DNA of 64,000 bases from Octopus bimaculoides (GCF_001194135.2 NC_068989.1:89641297-89705296); one strand, 5' to 3'. Positions 13,901-28,076 are shown, counted from the first letter of the stretch. Translations and numbers: made by a program. The notes: a model not told the origin generated them from the sequence alone.

Positions 13901-14393
13901 AAATAGGTAGTCCTCTACTTTGATAAGTTAAAATGTTAAGATATGAATGACGAATTTGATAAGAAATTTTTCATAACGAATTCGGTTTCAAAGAAATACT
14001 TTTTCGTTGTGAAAAACTTCGTATAATCCAGATTCCCAATGTTTTATAAGGACCTGTTAATTATATATATTTCTATACACACATACGTCCGATGTATTTA
14101 TGTATACATCTTAGGTTTTGTGTAATTAAAATTTAAAAAAGAAAGGGAGGGGTCGTTATTGTATTTCCATAACGATTTTCAGGTATAAATTTAAAGGAAA
14201 AAAATAGATTCCAAAGATATTGGCAAAAATAGTTTAAATGAAAGAGTTATTTCATACGTGATGTGAACAAAAATTTACAGCTTTTTTCTCTCAGTGAAGA
14301 AAATTTTAAATTTAATAATGGCAAAATTAAGTTTTCTTTTTTTAAGGTCATATCAAAGAGTTTGGTAATGTGAGACGAACAGGATGATATTGT

Positions 14394-14409
14394 GGCCCTT
14401 AAAAGGGCC
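14394..14409 (-). terminator. Histone 3' stem-loop (SLBP site) of H4
   Basis: Minus strand reads AAAC-GGCCCTTTTAAGGGCC-ACA, matching the 6-bp stem/4-nt loop consensus. Confidence 0.95.
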
Positions 14410-14508
14410 GTTTATGTAGTTTTTTTTTTTTCAAGTGGTTCGGAAGATGGTGGGTATAATTAGATGTTAGGTTAAAAAACCCAGCCGAAAAGTGATGGCT
14501 CACATTGC

Positions 14509-14829
<321 letters not shown>

Positions 14830-14956
14830 TCAAGTAAAGCTTCGATTCAGAGACAGAACAAAATAAAAAACCTCCGATCGCCTTTCAACTACTACCACTT
14901 AATATTATTTAGCTTCACGTGCTAGTTCTGTTATACATACAAAACAAAAAGATTAG

Positions 14957-15037
14957 TATTTATATGGAAAGAGGTAAAATCACACGGACGTAGCGGAGAT
15001 CACAACAAAATACACTCACGTGAGAATTGTAGCCAAT
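14957..15037 (-). promoter_or_regulatory. H4 promoter
   Basis: TATAAATA on the minus strand at 14957-14964, GTCCG at 14985-14989, CACGTG at 15017-15022, CCAAT at 15033-15037. Confidence 0.65.
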
Positions 15038-16199
15038 GAAAATGCTTGTTTCATTTTGTCTTTATTTTTTCCCCCTTCGAATGTCTTTTTTATTTTTTCG
15101 TTCGTGTGAAAATCAATGAGACTTTAACAGAATATGTTTATATTTCGATTCGTATTCAGTTTGTTTTCCTTGGGTATTAGAAAACGATAAAACAACTAAT
15201 TCTTTTCTCTAAGACATACACATATATGTAAATAATATGTAAGTTCACTTTATAACGTGTTTATATGCATAAAAACAACGAACATTGGCTGAGTCAATAA
15301 ACGTGACAGACTTATTTTATTGTCAGTAACTTCGAAGTTGCATCCATTTTAATTTACATACGATAATTGTGATATATTGGTGCATATTTATTTGGCTGAG
15401 GTAAACAATACGCACACCATCCGTTTTCGCGTAACTCCTAACCCTAAACACCAGGTGTGCGTATTCTTTTAAATGGCTTTCGCCATTCTTCTACGATGAG
15501 CTGGTTTCCACTTTCAACACATTATCTCGATTCAAAGCACTTGCCATAGATAACTGCTATCGCGCATTCGATACTGTAAACAAGAACATTTATTAGAGTT
15601 CTTTGCATCGCGTATGCAGGGCTATACTACACAAATCTTTTTATATTACTGAATATTAAACAAAATATCTAATTAAGTCTGCCGTAATCACTAATAAATT
15701 TTCGAATAGCTGTAACATTGTATTATAGGATAGAATTAGAATATGAATGTCATATCCTTCAGTTGAAGTATTCTAAAAATGGTTATGTGAGAACGGAATT
15801 TAAAACAGTCGAAAATTTTTTAGTGCGCTAAAAAGCGTAATTTCTTCAAATGTGTTTCAAGCGTCGTAGATTACGATTCTGCTAAACAAAACAAAAGCAA
15901 TTCTTTCTAATGAGAGGATCTTTGGCCCCTCTAGTTTTCTCTAATTTCTCACTCTTGACATTTATGTTGTAAACAAACATCCGAGATTACGATTCTTCAA
16001 AAGAGCCAAGAAATGATGGGCTTTTGGCTTACGAGATCATTTCCGACGCTGCTGTTTAGGAATGCTCCATAGAATTCATAAACGTGCTCTCCGCCTGATG
16101 CCGAGTATTTTCGGTCACAGCGTTTTGACACATCGAAAGAGAAAAGGGAAAAAGATATCAATGCACCACCAAGTCCCACGATTGGTCACACACCACAAG

Positions 16200-17080
16200 G
16201 TTCAATGGAGCCTACTGAAGCAAAGCCAACATGCTTATAACATTACCACAGGCGATGGCGAGACTAGGGCACTGGAATAGCCAAACGCCCTCGTGGGCCT
16301 CGCCAGACACTTTGGTAAGGCGAGCTGCTAATGATGACAACAACTTCACTGTTAGCAACCCAGCCCTTTCCAAATGTCTGAAATGCCACAGGCTGGAGGG
16401 CATAGTTCTCTGACAGGTCCTGATACTTCAAGATTTGTTCGTTTCAGCTACAGAAGCAGTGACCCTCCCATTTACCACAACATCCAGGATGTGTGAAGGA
16501 ACAAGGGAGTCACAGACTGTGGCGTTCCAGATGAGGCACCTACCTCTTACCCAGGGACAGAGGGTCTCTTTCCATCACGTCTGGATAATCCTGCCAGCTC
16601 CAGAACTGAGGGGATATTAACCCAAGCCAGAGTCCACTTAATGATTAGGTTTAACCCATTGTGACGAGCGAAACAAGCAGCGTTTAGGCGGCATGAAAGA
16701 CTGCAAAGACCTGTGGAGTTGAACAATGCCATCTCAATCCCCTACAGACGTCAGCTCCCACTTTAAGCATGATGGAGATGTGGAGCTCATCTAGACTGAG
16801 TAGACCTCTAATGTTGGCCACAGGCAGGGCATCAATCCAGTCCCTTGAGAATTTTGTACCTGCAAAAAGTAGGTGACACCTTGAAAATTGATCAGATTGA
16901 TCAAGGAGAGAATTGCAAGTGGTACCTGAACGCAGATTGTCCCACACGCTCTGCTTCAGTTTATCCTCAACTGTATCATCCATCTCCCTGTTGGAAAGGA
17001 GAGGACGTTGCCTACCGAAGGAAAGCAAGCGTGGATGGCGGAAAGAAAAGAGGAAAGAGATGGAGACGAGCACTTGCGCA
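16200..17080 (-). mobile_element. Decayed 3' end of a CRE-like non-LTR retrotransposon with restriction-like endonuclease domain
   Basis: Frameshifted minus-strand pieces read DWIDALPVANIRGLLSL...LKVGADVC, ARHNGLNLIIKWTL...IPSVLELAGLSRRDGKRP, PW..GRCLIWNATVCD and WLFQCPSLAIACGN. These match the RH/DGKRPDG/WDxT/FQRLSIAIQRGN motifs of CRE-type C-termini (recalled, not searched). Confidence 0.75.
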
Positions 17081-17289
17081 GACCTCGAACCATTCGGACA
17101 AAGCAGTCAGGTCACGGGACTCTGGAGAGAGTCTGACATTGACCGTGTATTGTGGTTGTCTGAGATGTGATATACTTCCTTCCCCTGAATCTGAAGTCCA
17201 ATAAGTTTCAACATAGTTATCTCCCTTCCAAAGGTATTAGTCATCAACGTTAGTGTTACTATGTTATTTATGTCACGTTCCAGCCTTGT

Positions 17290-18245
17290 GTGTGTGTGTC
17301 TGTCCTTGTCTCTCTCTCTCTCTCTTTTTCTCTAGCGTAAGAGTGATAGGTACAGAGATAGAATGGAGTTAAGGAGAAAAATGAAGAAGTAGTGATAGTA
17401 TTAAAAAAATGGAGGAAGAAGTTGAGAGAACTAAAGATATGTACAAGAGCTGGAAACTGAGAATTTGAGAAAATGTGCTATAGATACAGAGGGAGGTGGG
17501 GAGGGAGAGAGAGAGAGAAAGAGTGTGTGTGTGAGAGAGAGAGCGACAGAGAGAGAGAGAGAGAGAAAGAGTGTGTGTGTGAGAGAGAGAGAGAGAGAGT
17601 AAGAGATAGATAGAAAAGCAAGAGAGAGAGAGAAAGGTAAAAAAAATGCAATGCCGAATGAAATAGGAGTATCTGAGCAATTATAACGATGTCGTCTCTT
17701 CTCTAATCAAAAAGACTGCTACAAAAATGTCAGCTATAAATTCCCTCTGTCCACTCATTCGATATCGTCATAAGACACACCTCTCCTCTGGTCACTAAGA
17801 CACTTCTCGATGTTACAAGAAGGATTCAGCCTTTATAGAAGGGATTTAGAAAGAGGTGAGTATGGAGATGGAGAGAGAGAAAGAAATAGGAGTATATAAA
17901 GAAACACACACACACACATATAGGTAGAAAATTTCAAATAGATAGATAGATAGACGGACAGACAGACAGACAAATAGATAGATAAATAGACAGATAGGTA
18001 GATACATAGATAGATAGATAGACAGAGAGATATGTAGATAGATAGACAGACAGATAAATAGATAGATAGATAGATAGACCAGTAGATGGACAGATAGATA
18101 GGTAGATAGATAAATAGATAGGCAGACAGATAAATAGATAGACAGACATACAGATAAATAGATAGATAGACAGACAGACAGACAAATAGATTGGTAGACA
18201 GACAGATAGATAGAGAGAGTGAGAGAAAGACAGATAGACAGCAAC
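17290..18245. repeat. Compound (GA)n/(GT)n and (GATA/GACA)n microsatellite block
   Basis: Directly visible; it generates the spurious LSIYLS ORFs. Confidence 0.9.
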
Positions 18246-19044
18246 AGCCTAATAAGAGCTGACTCTCACCATAACCCATCCAGCCTGTCAGAATGGAATA
18301 GGATTTAAAAATGATGGGGATGTGTGTGTGTGCGTACATATATAATATATATATTTATGAATTTATATGATTATATGTTCTTTTCTACTCTAGGCACAAG
18401 GCTGGAAATTTGGGGGGAGGGGACCAGTCGATTAGATCAACCCCAGTACGCAACTGATACTTAATTTATTGACCCTGAAAGGATGAAAGGCAAAGCCGAC
18501 CTCGCCAGAATTTGAACTCAGAACACAGCGACAGATAAAATACCTCTAAGCATTTTGCCTGGCATGCTAACGTTTCTGCCAACTCCCCTTTTATATATAN
18601 NNNNNNNNNNNNNNNNNNNNNNNNNNNNNNNNNNNNNNNNNNNNNNNNNNNNNNNNNNNNNNNNNNNNNNNNNNNNNNNNNNNNNNNNNNNNNNNNNNNN
18701 NNNNNNNNNNNNNNNNNNNNNNNNNNNNNNNNNNNNNNNNNNNNNNNNNNNNNNNNNNNNNNNNNNNNNNNNNNNNNNNNNNNNNNNNNNNNNNNNNNNN
18801 NNNNNNNNNNNNNNNNNNNNNNNNNNNNNNNNNNNNNNNNNNNNNNNNNNNNNNNNNNNNNNNNNNNNNNNNNNNNNNNNNNNNNNNNNNNNNNNNNNNN
18901 NNNNNNNNNNNNNNNNNNNNNNNNNNNNNNNNNNNNNNNNNNNNNNNNNNNNNNNNNNNNNNNNNNNNNNNNNNNNNNNNNNNNNNNNNNNNNNNNNNNN
19001 NNNNNNNNNNNNNNNNNNNNNNNNNNNNNNNNNNNNNNNNNNNN

Positions 19045-19931
19045 CTGTGTGGCACCTTAGGCAAGTGTCTTCTACCATAGCCATGGGTCAACCAAAGCCT
19101 TGTGAGTGGATTTGGTAGACGGAAACTGAAAGAAGCCCATCGTATATATATATATACATATATGTGTGTGTGTGTGTAAGTTTTGTGTGTCTGTATTTGT
19201 CCCCCCACCATCGCTTGACAGCTGATGTTGGTGTGTTTACATCCCTGTAACTTAGTGGTTCGGCAAAAGAAAACCGATAAAATAAGTACTTGGCTCACAA
19301 AGAATAAGTCTTGGGGGCGATTAGTTCGACTAAAGGTGGTGCTCCAGCATGACCACAGGCTGAAACAAATAAATGAGTGAAAGAGTAATATATTGGCAGA
19401 CTAACTGACACACACACACACACACACACATGTTGATTGGTCCATGTTTCTAAATGCAACATAACAGGACACAAATTCTTAATGCCCACTAATTAAGCCC
19501 TTTAGATTAATTAGATATGCAGGCACCACAAACCTACCTATCCTTCTATATAAATATCTATCTACTCCCCCCTCTCTCTCTCTCTCAGTTAGTCTGCCAA
19601 TATATTACTCTTTCACTCATTTATTTGTTTCAGCCTGTGGTCATGCTGGAGCACCACCTTTAGTCGAACTAATCGCCCCCAAGTACTTATTTTATCGGAT
19701 TTCTTTTGCCGAACCACTAAGTTACAGGGATGTAAACACACCAACATCAGCTGTCAAGCGATGGTGGGGGGACAAATACAGACACACAAAACTTACACAC
19801 ACACACACACACATATATGTATATATATATATACGATGGGCTTCTTTCAGTTTCCGTCTACCGAATCCACTCACAAGGCTTTGGTTGACCCATGGCTATG
19901 GTAGAAGACACTTGCCTAAGGTGCCACACAG
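19045..19931. repeat. Near-identical inverted duplication of a SINE plus unique flank
   Basis: Arms 19045-19408 and 19585-19931. Confidence 0.9.
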
Positions 19932-19994
19932 TGGGACTGAACCTGGAATCATGTGGTTGGGAAGCAAGCTTCTAACCACACAGCCACACCTGTG

Positions 19995-20027
<33 letters not shown>

Positions 20028-23000
20028 NNNNNNNNNNAACATCAGCTGTCAAGCGATGGTGGGGGGACAAATACAGACACACAAAACTTACACACACACA
20101 CACACACATATATGTATATATATATATACGATGGGCTTCTTTCAGTTTCCGTCTACCGAATCCACTCACAAGGCTTTGGTTGACCCATGGCTATGGTAGA
20201 AGACACTTGCCTAAGGTGCCACACAGTGGGACTGAACCTGGAATCATGTGGTTGGGAAGCAAGCTTCTAACCACACAGCCACACCTGTGCCTATATATAT
20301 ATATATATATATATATATAATCATTATCATCATCATCATCATTTAACAGAGTTCTGCACCAAGATCTGCTCTCGTTTTGGCATGGTTTCTACAGCTTGAT
20401 GCCCTTCCTAATGCCAGCCACCTTACAGAGTGTACTGGGTGCTTTTTATATATGTATGCCTGTATGTATGTATGCACACGTATATATCTGCTTATCTCTC
20501 TCTCTCTTTATTTCTGACCATCTCCCTGCTTATCTATCTATCTGTTTCTAAATCTCCTCTATTAAGGCTAAAGACCACTCAGTGGTCAGCAGTGAATAAT
20601 CCCTCATTTACACCGATTTGTCTAGTGACGAGGGCAATGCTGTTTCTGTGACAATATTGAACCAAAACGAGAGGGCACAATAAATTTATTGTAAATATTT
20701 GATCCTCTTATGTCCGTCTGTTTGGACTGGAAAACAGATAACATCATTAGAGCAGCGAGGCCCTTCATTTCTTTCTCCCTCTCTCTCTGATTCCCTCACT
20801 TTCTATTTGTCTCTCACTATAACTCTTTCTCTCCCACCACATCTCCTACCCTATTTTTGTCTCTCTCTGTCTTGCTCTTACTCCTCCTTCTCTACAAATC
20901 TCTTTGATTCTCTCTCCCATATCCTCTTACTCCTCTCCCTATCCTTTGGGTTTCTTGCGCCTGTTCCTCCCTATTTTCACCTCCTCCCTCTCTGTTTAGT
21001 TCATCCACTTTCTTTTACTCTGACTCCCACCTACCTCTCTCACTCAGATTCAGTGAAAGAAACAGGTGAACATATGCATCATCGTCATCGTCATCATCAT
21101 CATCATTTAATGTCTGCTTTCCATGCTGGCATGGGTTGGGCAGTTTGACAGGAGCTGGCCAGATGGAGAGCTGCACCAGTCTACAATTGTCTTCTTTCAG
21201 TTTCTGTCAATCAAATCCACTCACAAGGCTTTGGTCGGCCCGAGGCTATAGTAGAAGACACTTGCCCAAGATGCCATGCAGTGGGACTGAACCCGGAACC
21301 ATGTAGCTGGTATTAAATTTTATTAAACTTGACCAATTATTTTTCAAGCAATGAACAATTTTTGTCAAAACGATATAATATGCAAAGCTTCATGATAAAC
21401 AACATATTTTGTCTTTCCATTTGGGAGGGGGTGGCGGTGGGGAGTGGATCAGTACAATTTTTTTCTGTCTAATCTAACCTCTTTCCTTCTCTCTCTCTCT
21501 TTCTGAACCATCACCATCACCACAACTGCCATACACACCATTCAGACTTCTGACGCCACCACCATCAACACCTCCTTCCCCTCCACCACCATCACCACTA
21601 TCTTTCACATCCCTTACTATCACCACCTCAGCTACCACCACCATCATCATCACCGTCACCTCCGCCTCTATCACAACTACAACGCATACTATTACTATCA
21701 CCATCTCAACTGTCAATCTACTACCACCCATCCTTCGCTATGCCTATTATTAGTCTCACCCCAGCAAAAGGAGAAGTGTCAATAAATAGTGAGAGAGGGG
21801 GAGGGGGTCATCGTGTGACACACTGACACACACAAATTCCTTTTGGCATTTATCATTATAGAAGACATTTGTGCTACAGAGCCAGAGGTGATTTCAGCCG
21901 GGTTGGTATCAAAAGGGTTAAAGTAAAGGAGAAGGGGAGTGGATTAGAATAATAAATGGAGGGGGAGGTGAGGAAAGTTATTAACAATGTGGAGATGAAA
22001 GTTGAAAAACCTTTATTTCAGGCTTAAAGACCCATCTTCGAAGAAATGAGCATCTGAGTAGAGCCTGCCATTTGAATAGCCAGACGGGCAATGACCCTGT
22101 TTTAGTCTGGTGCTTGTGTTAGTGGCAGTAAGTCTCCAAATGATGGTGTTGTTGTTGTGCCGTAGTGGATTAGTTAAAATTGGAAAATGTCAGAGTTGGT
22201 GCTACTTGAAATTTGATTCAGCTGTTTGTACTTTTCAGTTTAAAATCCCACCATAGCCATCACCTGGTTTAATTCATCATCACCAGGCACCTTGGTCTCC
22301 AATGAGAGAGAGATACTTTCCTCCTCCTCCATCTCATCTCAGTCTCAGAGGTCTAACAAAATTTGTTCATCACTATGCAGGTATGGCTGTGTGGTTAAGA
22401 AGTTTGTTTCCTGACCACTTGGTTCTGAGTTCAATCCTACTCTGTGAAACCGTGGGCAAGTATTTTCTGTCATAGCACCAGGCAAATCAAAGCCTTCTGA
22501 GTGGATTTGTAAGAAACCCATCATATACATACATATATATATATTGGCGTGGCTGTGTGGTGAGAAGCTTGCTTTCCAAGCACATGGTTTCAGGTTCAGT
22601 CCCACTGCATAACACCATGGGCAAGTGTCTACTATAACCTCGGGCTGACCAAAGCTTTGTCAGTGGATTTGGTTGACACAAACTGAAATAGGGCCCATTA
22701 TGTGTTATGCAGTGAGACTGAACCTGAGACCCTGTGCTTGGAAAAAGGCGAGCTTTGATGACAGGAAGGGCAATAACTCATAGAAAAAAAATCTGCCCAA
22801 AGCTATGCGAGCATGTAAAGTGGATATTTTGGGGGAGGGGAACCAGGCGATTAGATCAAATCCAGTATGCAACTGGTGCTTAATTTATCGACCCAGAAAG
22901 GGATGAAAGGCAAAGTCGACCTTGGCAGAATTTGAACCCAGAAATGTAAAGACAGATGAAATACTGCTAAGCATTTCGCCTGGCATGCTCTCAATTCTGC

Positions 23001-24647
23001 CAGCTCGCCGCCTTTGGAAAAGTGGATATGGAAACAATGATGATGATGTTATCTGTTTGTTGAACTGCTATGTTACAGGGCAAAAGGTGGCAACATGACT
23101 TCAGCTTCTTGAATGGTGCAAAAAATGTACACCCACAGTTTCTGTTGACTAATTTTCCACTCAAGTTATTGGTCAACTTCAGGCTTTGGTAGAAGACACT
23201 TGAGCAAGGTGTTGCATTATGGGATTGAACTGGTTGATTATGAAGCAATTTTATAAACTCCATTTATACCTGCCTACATTTTACATACAGCACACATTTC
23301 ACATGTGTATGTATATATTATACATATTTGTGTGTATAAACACACACATATATATGAATTTAGGCACATGAGTATATAAATATATATATACAGTAGAGTT
23401 GTATATATGTTATAGGCTATATATATAAAAAAAGTGTGTGTATACACAAATATATATGAATTTAGGAATACGAGTATAAATACTTATATATATATATATC
23501 TATATATACAGTATATAGTCCTGTATGTTATAGGCTATATATAGTGTTGTGTATTTACCTCTCTCTATGTGAATATACACATTTATTTGTTTGTATTCAT
23601 CTGTCACTGCCATTATAGAAGTCTTCCAGCAAACAAAAAAACACCTGTATATATATATATATATACATACATACATACACACACGACATAAATGCACTGA
23701 TATATGAGAAAGAGAGGCATAGCTATGTATTGATTACAGTATAGCTATTACTTTTAGCATATCAACCCACCAATTGATGGTTCAGTTTGGGGAAAACGGT
23801 TATAAATTCTCTTACCACCACCATCACAGCTTAATCAGTTAAACCAAAACTTATTCAACTTGTACAAAACTTAAACATTCACTGAAATATCTAAATATTA
23901 ATCTCAGCCGAGGTCGACTTTGCCTTTCATCCTTTCAGGGTCGATAAATTAAGTATCAGTTGCGTACTGGGGTCGATCTAATCGACTGGACCCCTCCCCC
24001 AAAATTTCGGGCCTTGTGCCTAGAGTACACAAGAATATCTAAATATTAATCTCAAGATCTATGAATTTTCTTGGCTCAGGGTAAACCTTTAGAAAGGGTT
24101 TGGAATTCTTACCTTTAGTATACAGGGTTCCCAAACGCCTGATATAATCAATCAAAACCCAGTCTGTATATGGAGAGCTAACTTTATTTTATCTATTGTG
24201 GCAGCTCCAAANNNNNNNNNNATTCACTGAAATATCTAAATATTAATCTCAAGATCTATGAATTTTCTTGGCTCAGGGTAAACCTTTAGAAAGGGTTTGG
24301 AATTCTTACCTTTAGTATACAGGGTTCCCAAACGCCTGATATAATCAATCAAAACCCAGTCTGTATATGGAGAGCTAACTTTATTTTATCTATTGTGGCA
24401 GCTCCAAATGTAATTTCAATTTGGGGAGGGGATGGAGAGAAGGGATTAAAAAAAAAAAAAAAAAAAATCAACTAAATCGTGAAGCATATATTTTTTTTTT
24501 TAAGCAGGCTTGGCTATGTGGTTCAGAAGGTTGTCTTTGCAAACAGGAGTTTCAGGTTCAATCCCAATGCTTGGCACTTTAGGCAAGTGACTTTAACCAT
24601 GAGTGAAACTGGTAGACAGAAATGAATGAAGCCCATCGGTGCATTAT

Positions 24648-24678
<31 letters not shown>

Positions 24679-25301
24679 CATACATACACGCGTGCCTGTA
24701 AGATTCTTGCAACCCCCACTACCAGTGCTTGACAACCGATGTTGGTTTATTCTTCCTCGTAACTTAACAGTTTCGCAAGAGACTGATAAAATAAACATCC
24801 GACTTGGAAAAAAAAAAAAAAAAAATCTAAGTACTGCGATCGTTTTGTTCGACTAAATTCTTTCAAAGCATTGCTCCAGCATGACTGAAACAAGCAAACG
24901 ATAGAATTTACAGATGTATGAAAATACTGTATTGGTCCTTGGAGAAAACGGCTCGGCGAAGGATACAAGAGGTAGGCAAAACACCAGCTGGTAGCACCAC
25001 ATTCAAGGAGGACCGGTTCGCACTTATGACGCAGTATTATTTTTTAATCATAAAAGGTGGACAGAAACAGTTATTTCGATAAAAGAAAGGAAAACTCGGC
25101 CGAAATCAGAAAAAGAAGTTGATTACGACAGACAGATAACAAAAAAAAAAAAAGANNNNNNNNNNNNNNNNNNNNNNNNNNNNNNNNNNNNNNNNNNNNN
25201 NNNNNTACAGAATATAAACGAGAAAGATTTAACTTATTTTTGTTTTTAAAGGACATATTGAAGTGATACGTTTACTAGTTTAAATTCAAATTTTGAGCTG
25301 T

Positions 25302-25339
<38 letters not shown>

Positions 25340-26522
25340 GGGTGTTATTTTTAACAATTAAAATAAGGGACACTAAGCATTTTGTCTAACTATACGATAG
25401 TTATAGTTGGTCTATGGGGTTTGTTCATAAAGCGCTTAGCTTTCTTCAGATAGGTCATTAAGGGTCTAAAGAAACCCCGCAAAGCCTAGCGCTTTATGGA
25501 CTCGAAATCCAGGATAACCCAATAGACCGGTCGTTAACTATAATTACTCTACTGCTCTTATAACTTAGAATGTGCTTCTCTTTCGGATTCATGATTTACT
25601 GACGATATTATATTATAGTTTACATGTGAACAATCGACACGATACGAACTCGCAGTGACAATATGAATAATAATAATGAGCATAACAACAAAACTGTTTA
25701 TTTGCCGAAAAACATAAAAAATAAAATTGCTAAGTTGGAAACTCTTACAGAATTAAATGGGCAGAGAAAATTGGCAATTGCAAAAATGCATGTCTTAATT
25801 AAAAATGGACTGAACAATTGGCAGAAAGCCATAGGGATGTCTGATTGTAAACTCCAGAGTTTGAATTGAGCCAGATATCGAACCTAGCAGAATGTATGAA
25901 ATATATTTTGTATAAAATATTCCGTGTTTAAGTTGCTGTGTGATCAATGAAGATATTTGGTCCGATGCTGGGAAAGAGAGTGGAGGTGAAAATGTTTACA
26001 TTTATAATATTTGTTTACAATTAAAGACAAAAATCACGTGGAGTAAGTAATGGAGGGGGGGGAGGTTGTTGTGTATAGAATGAACGGAGTTTTATATTGG
26101 TTCTATGAAGAAAGTGGAATAATTGTATCTGTAAGAGGGTTCACACATCACAAAAATACAAAAAAAAACGAAAAACAAAACATTTAGCACTGATCTGTTT
26201 TCGGAAAACCTCTTTTTTTACGATTCCAAGCTGGATAAAGCTCTTTTCTCTGTAAAATACAGAACCAAAGTCAAAAAGTTCAGAATGTTAGTATCACATT
26301 TGTTCCCCTATTTTCCTCTTCTGAAGAAAGATGAGGGAGGTCTTGACCCTGGAAAAAGTTATTGGTCTTAAAGTCTTCGAGGAAAAAAAAATTTCTTTTT
26401 AAGTGAAAATACTGAAGGGAGTCAAGTGAATTTAAAAAGGCATGAAATATATAAGTGAAGAAAAAAAGTATATCGCAAAATGACGATAGGGACCATGACA
26501 AAACTTTCATGAAGACATGGGT

Positions 26523-26538
26523 GGCCCTTAGAAGGGCC
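26523..26538 (-). terminator. Histone 3' stem-loop of H2A
   Basis: Minus strand reads CAAC-GGCCCTTCTAAGGGCC-ACCCA. Confidence 0.95.
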
Positions 26539-26616
26539 GTTGGATTGATTGATGCTTTAACAGCAAGATTGGTGCCACGACTCGTTTCTTTTTCTCCATT
26601 TCTCTCATTTTTTTCT

Positions 26617-26994
26617 TTACTTGGCAGCCTTCTGTGTCTTCTTTGGTAGAAGGACGGCCTGGATGTTGGGCAAGACACCTCCCTGGGCAATGGTCACTCC
26701 GGACAGGAGTTTATTTAATTCCTCGTCGTTGCGGATAGCCAACTGCAAGTGACGGGGGATGATTCGAGACTTCTTGTTGTCCCTGGCAGCATTACCTGCC
26801 AATTCCAACACTTCTGCGGCCAAGTACTCCATCACGGCAGCCAGGTAGACTGGGGCACCGGCACCAACACGCTGGGCGTAGTTACCCTTGCGGAGTAGAC
26901 GATGGATCCTGCCGACTGGGAACTGAAGTCCGGCACGAGACGACCGGGTCTTACTCTTTCCCTTCACTTTACCTCCTTTACCACGTCCTGACAT
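26617..26994 (-). CDS. H2A: Histone H2A, canonical type, 125 aa, no SQ motif so not H2A.X
   Basis: [75 protein letters not shown]...[12 protein letters not shown]. Confidence 0.99.
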   Translation of the reverse strand: MSGRGKGGKVKGKSKTRSSRAGLQFPVGRIHRLLRKGNYAQRVGAGAPVYLAAVMEYLAAEVLELAGNAARDNKKSRIIPRHLQLAIRNDEELNKLLSGVTIAQGGVLPNIQAVLLPKKTQKAAK

Positions 26995-27055
26995 ATTTCT
27001 GTTTAGCTAAGGCGTTTCTCAATTGACAACTGTCTTAAAATGGCTGAAATTTTCC

Positions 27056-27225
27056 TTTAAATACCTTCCGATAGGCTCCAGCCGACTGACGCTTGCGAAA
27101 GCTGTTTTAACCAATCAGCGTACAGCTTAGACGCCACGGCTTGCATAGCGCGAGGTAGATCGACCGCGCTTATTCACATAGCGTTCACAAAGCGAAGGCT
27201 CATGCTGAGAAACATTTCAACCAAT
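27056..27225 (-). promoter_or_regulatory. H2A promoter
   Basis: TATTTAAA on the minus strand at 27056-27063; two AACCAATCAG boxes with CCAAT at 27111 and 27221; locally CpG-rich. Confidence 0.7.
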
Positions 27226-27829
27226 CAGAGATGCTGATAGACTATTCGGCTACGAGCAATCTATTGAAACACATCTGATACTACAAACAATAGTCCCGCC
27301 TTATTGATGTCAGTCAGCAATGTAAAATTATTCTGGCTGTTTGGAACTGCTATAGTACTTTCTCTTGTAGTCTCTCACTCTCTTTGTTCGAGATGATGGT
27401 GGTTGCGGCAAATGTTATTACTGAGAGACACAACTATCTTATTTAATTAATGCACAACTCAATTCCTCTGCCGCTTTCTCCCCCCCTCCCCCTCTTACTT
27501 CCTCTCTGTTATTTTTTGTTATCTTCGTCTTGCTTTTTACGCATCTCTAACTTGGCGCGCGCGCGCGTATGTATGTATGTATGTATTATAAAGAGATATG
27601 TATAAGTAGAGGTGTGACAATGTGACCACAAGTTTGCTTTCCAACCACATGGTTTCGGGTTCAGTCCTACTGCGTTCTACCTTGAGCAAGTGTCTTCTAC
27701 AGCCCAATCAAAGACTTGTGAGCGGATTTGGTAGACAGAAACTGTTGAAGACTGTCGTGTGTGTGTGTATACATATATATATATATGTGTGTGTGTATGT
27801 ATATACGTGTATATATGTATATATATACA

Positions 27830-27863
<34 letters not shown>

Positions 27864-28076
27864 CTTACACGTGTATATATATGTGTGTTTGTAAATATAT
27901 GTATATATATATATATATGTGTGTGTAAATATATGTATATATATATGTGTGTGTATATGTAATTTATTTTATTTGACTGGCCATGCTGGAGCACTGCCTT
28001 TAGCCGAACAAATTGACTCCAGGACTTATTCTTTGTGAGCCTAATACTTATTCTATCGGTCCTTTTTGCTGAACTG

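Noticed and set aside
17369-18339. Long ORFs rich in LSIY/LSLS
   Set aside because: Translations of GA and GATA microsatellites.
20616-20625. ATTTGTCTAG resembling the U7 Sm site
   Set aside because: No 3' hairpin and no 5' region complementary to either histone downstream sequence.
24030-24410. Direct ~190-bp duplication across a 10-N gap; likewise 19743-20027 versus 20038-20318
   Set aside because: Identical copies on either side of a placeholder gap indicate unmerged contig overlaps.
25400-25545. Degenerate inverted repeats (GGTCTAT.GGGTT, ATAAAGCGCT)
   Set aside because: Probably an old MITE; ends and target duplication could not be defined.
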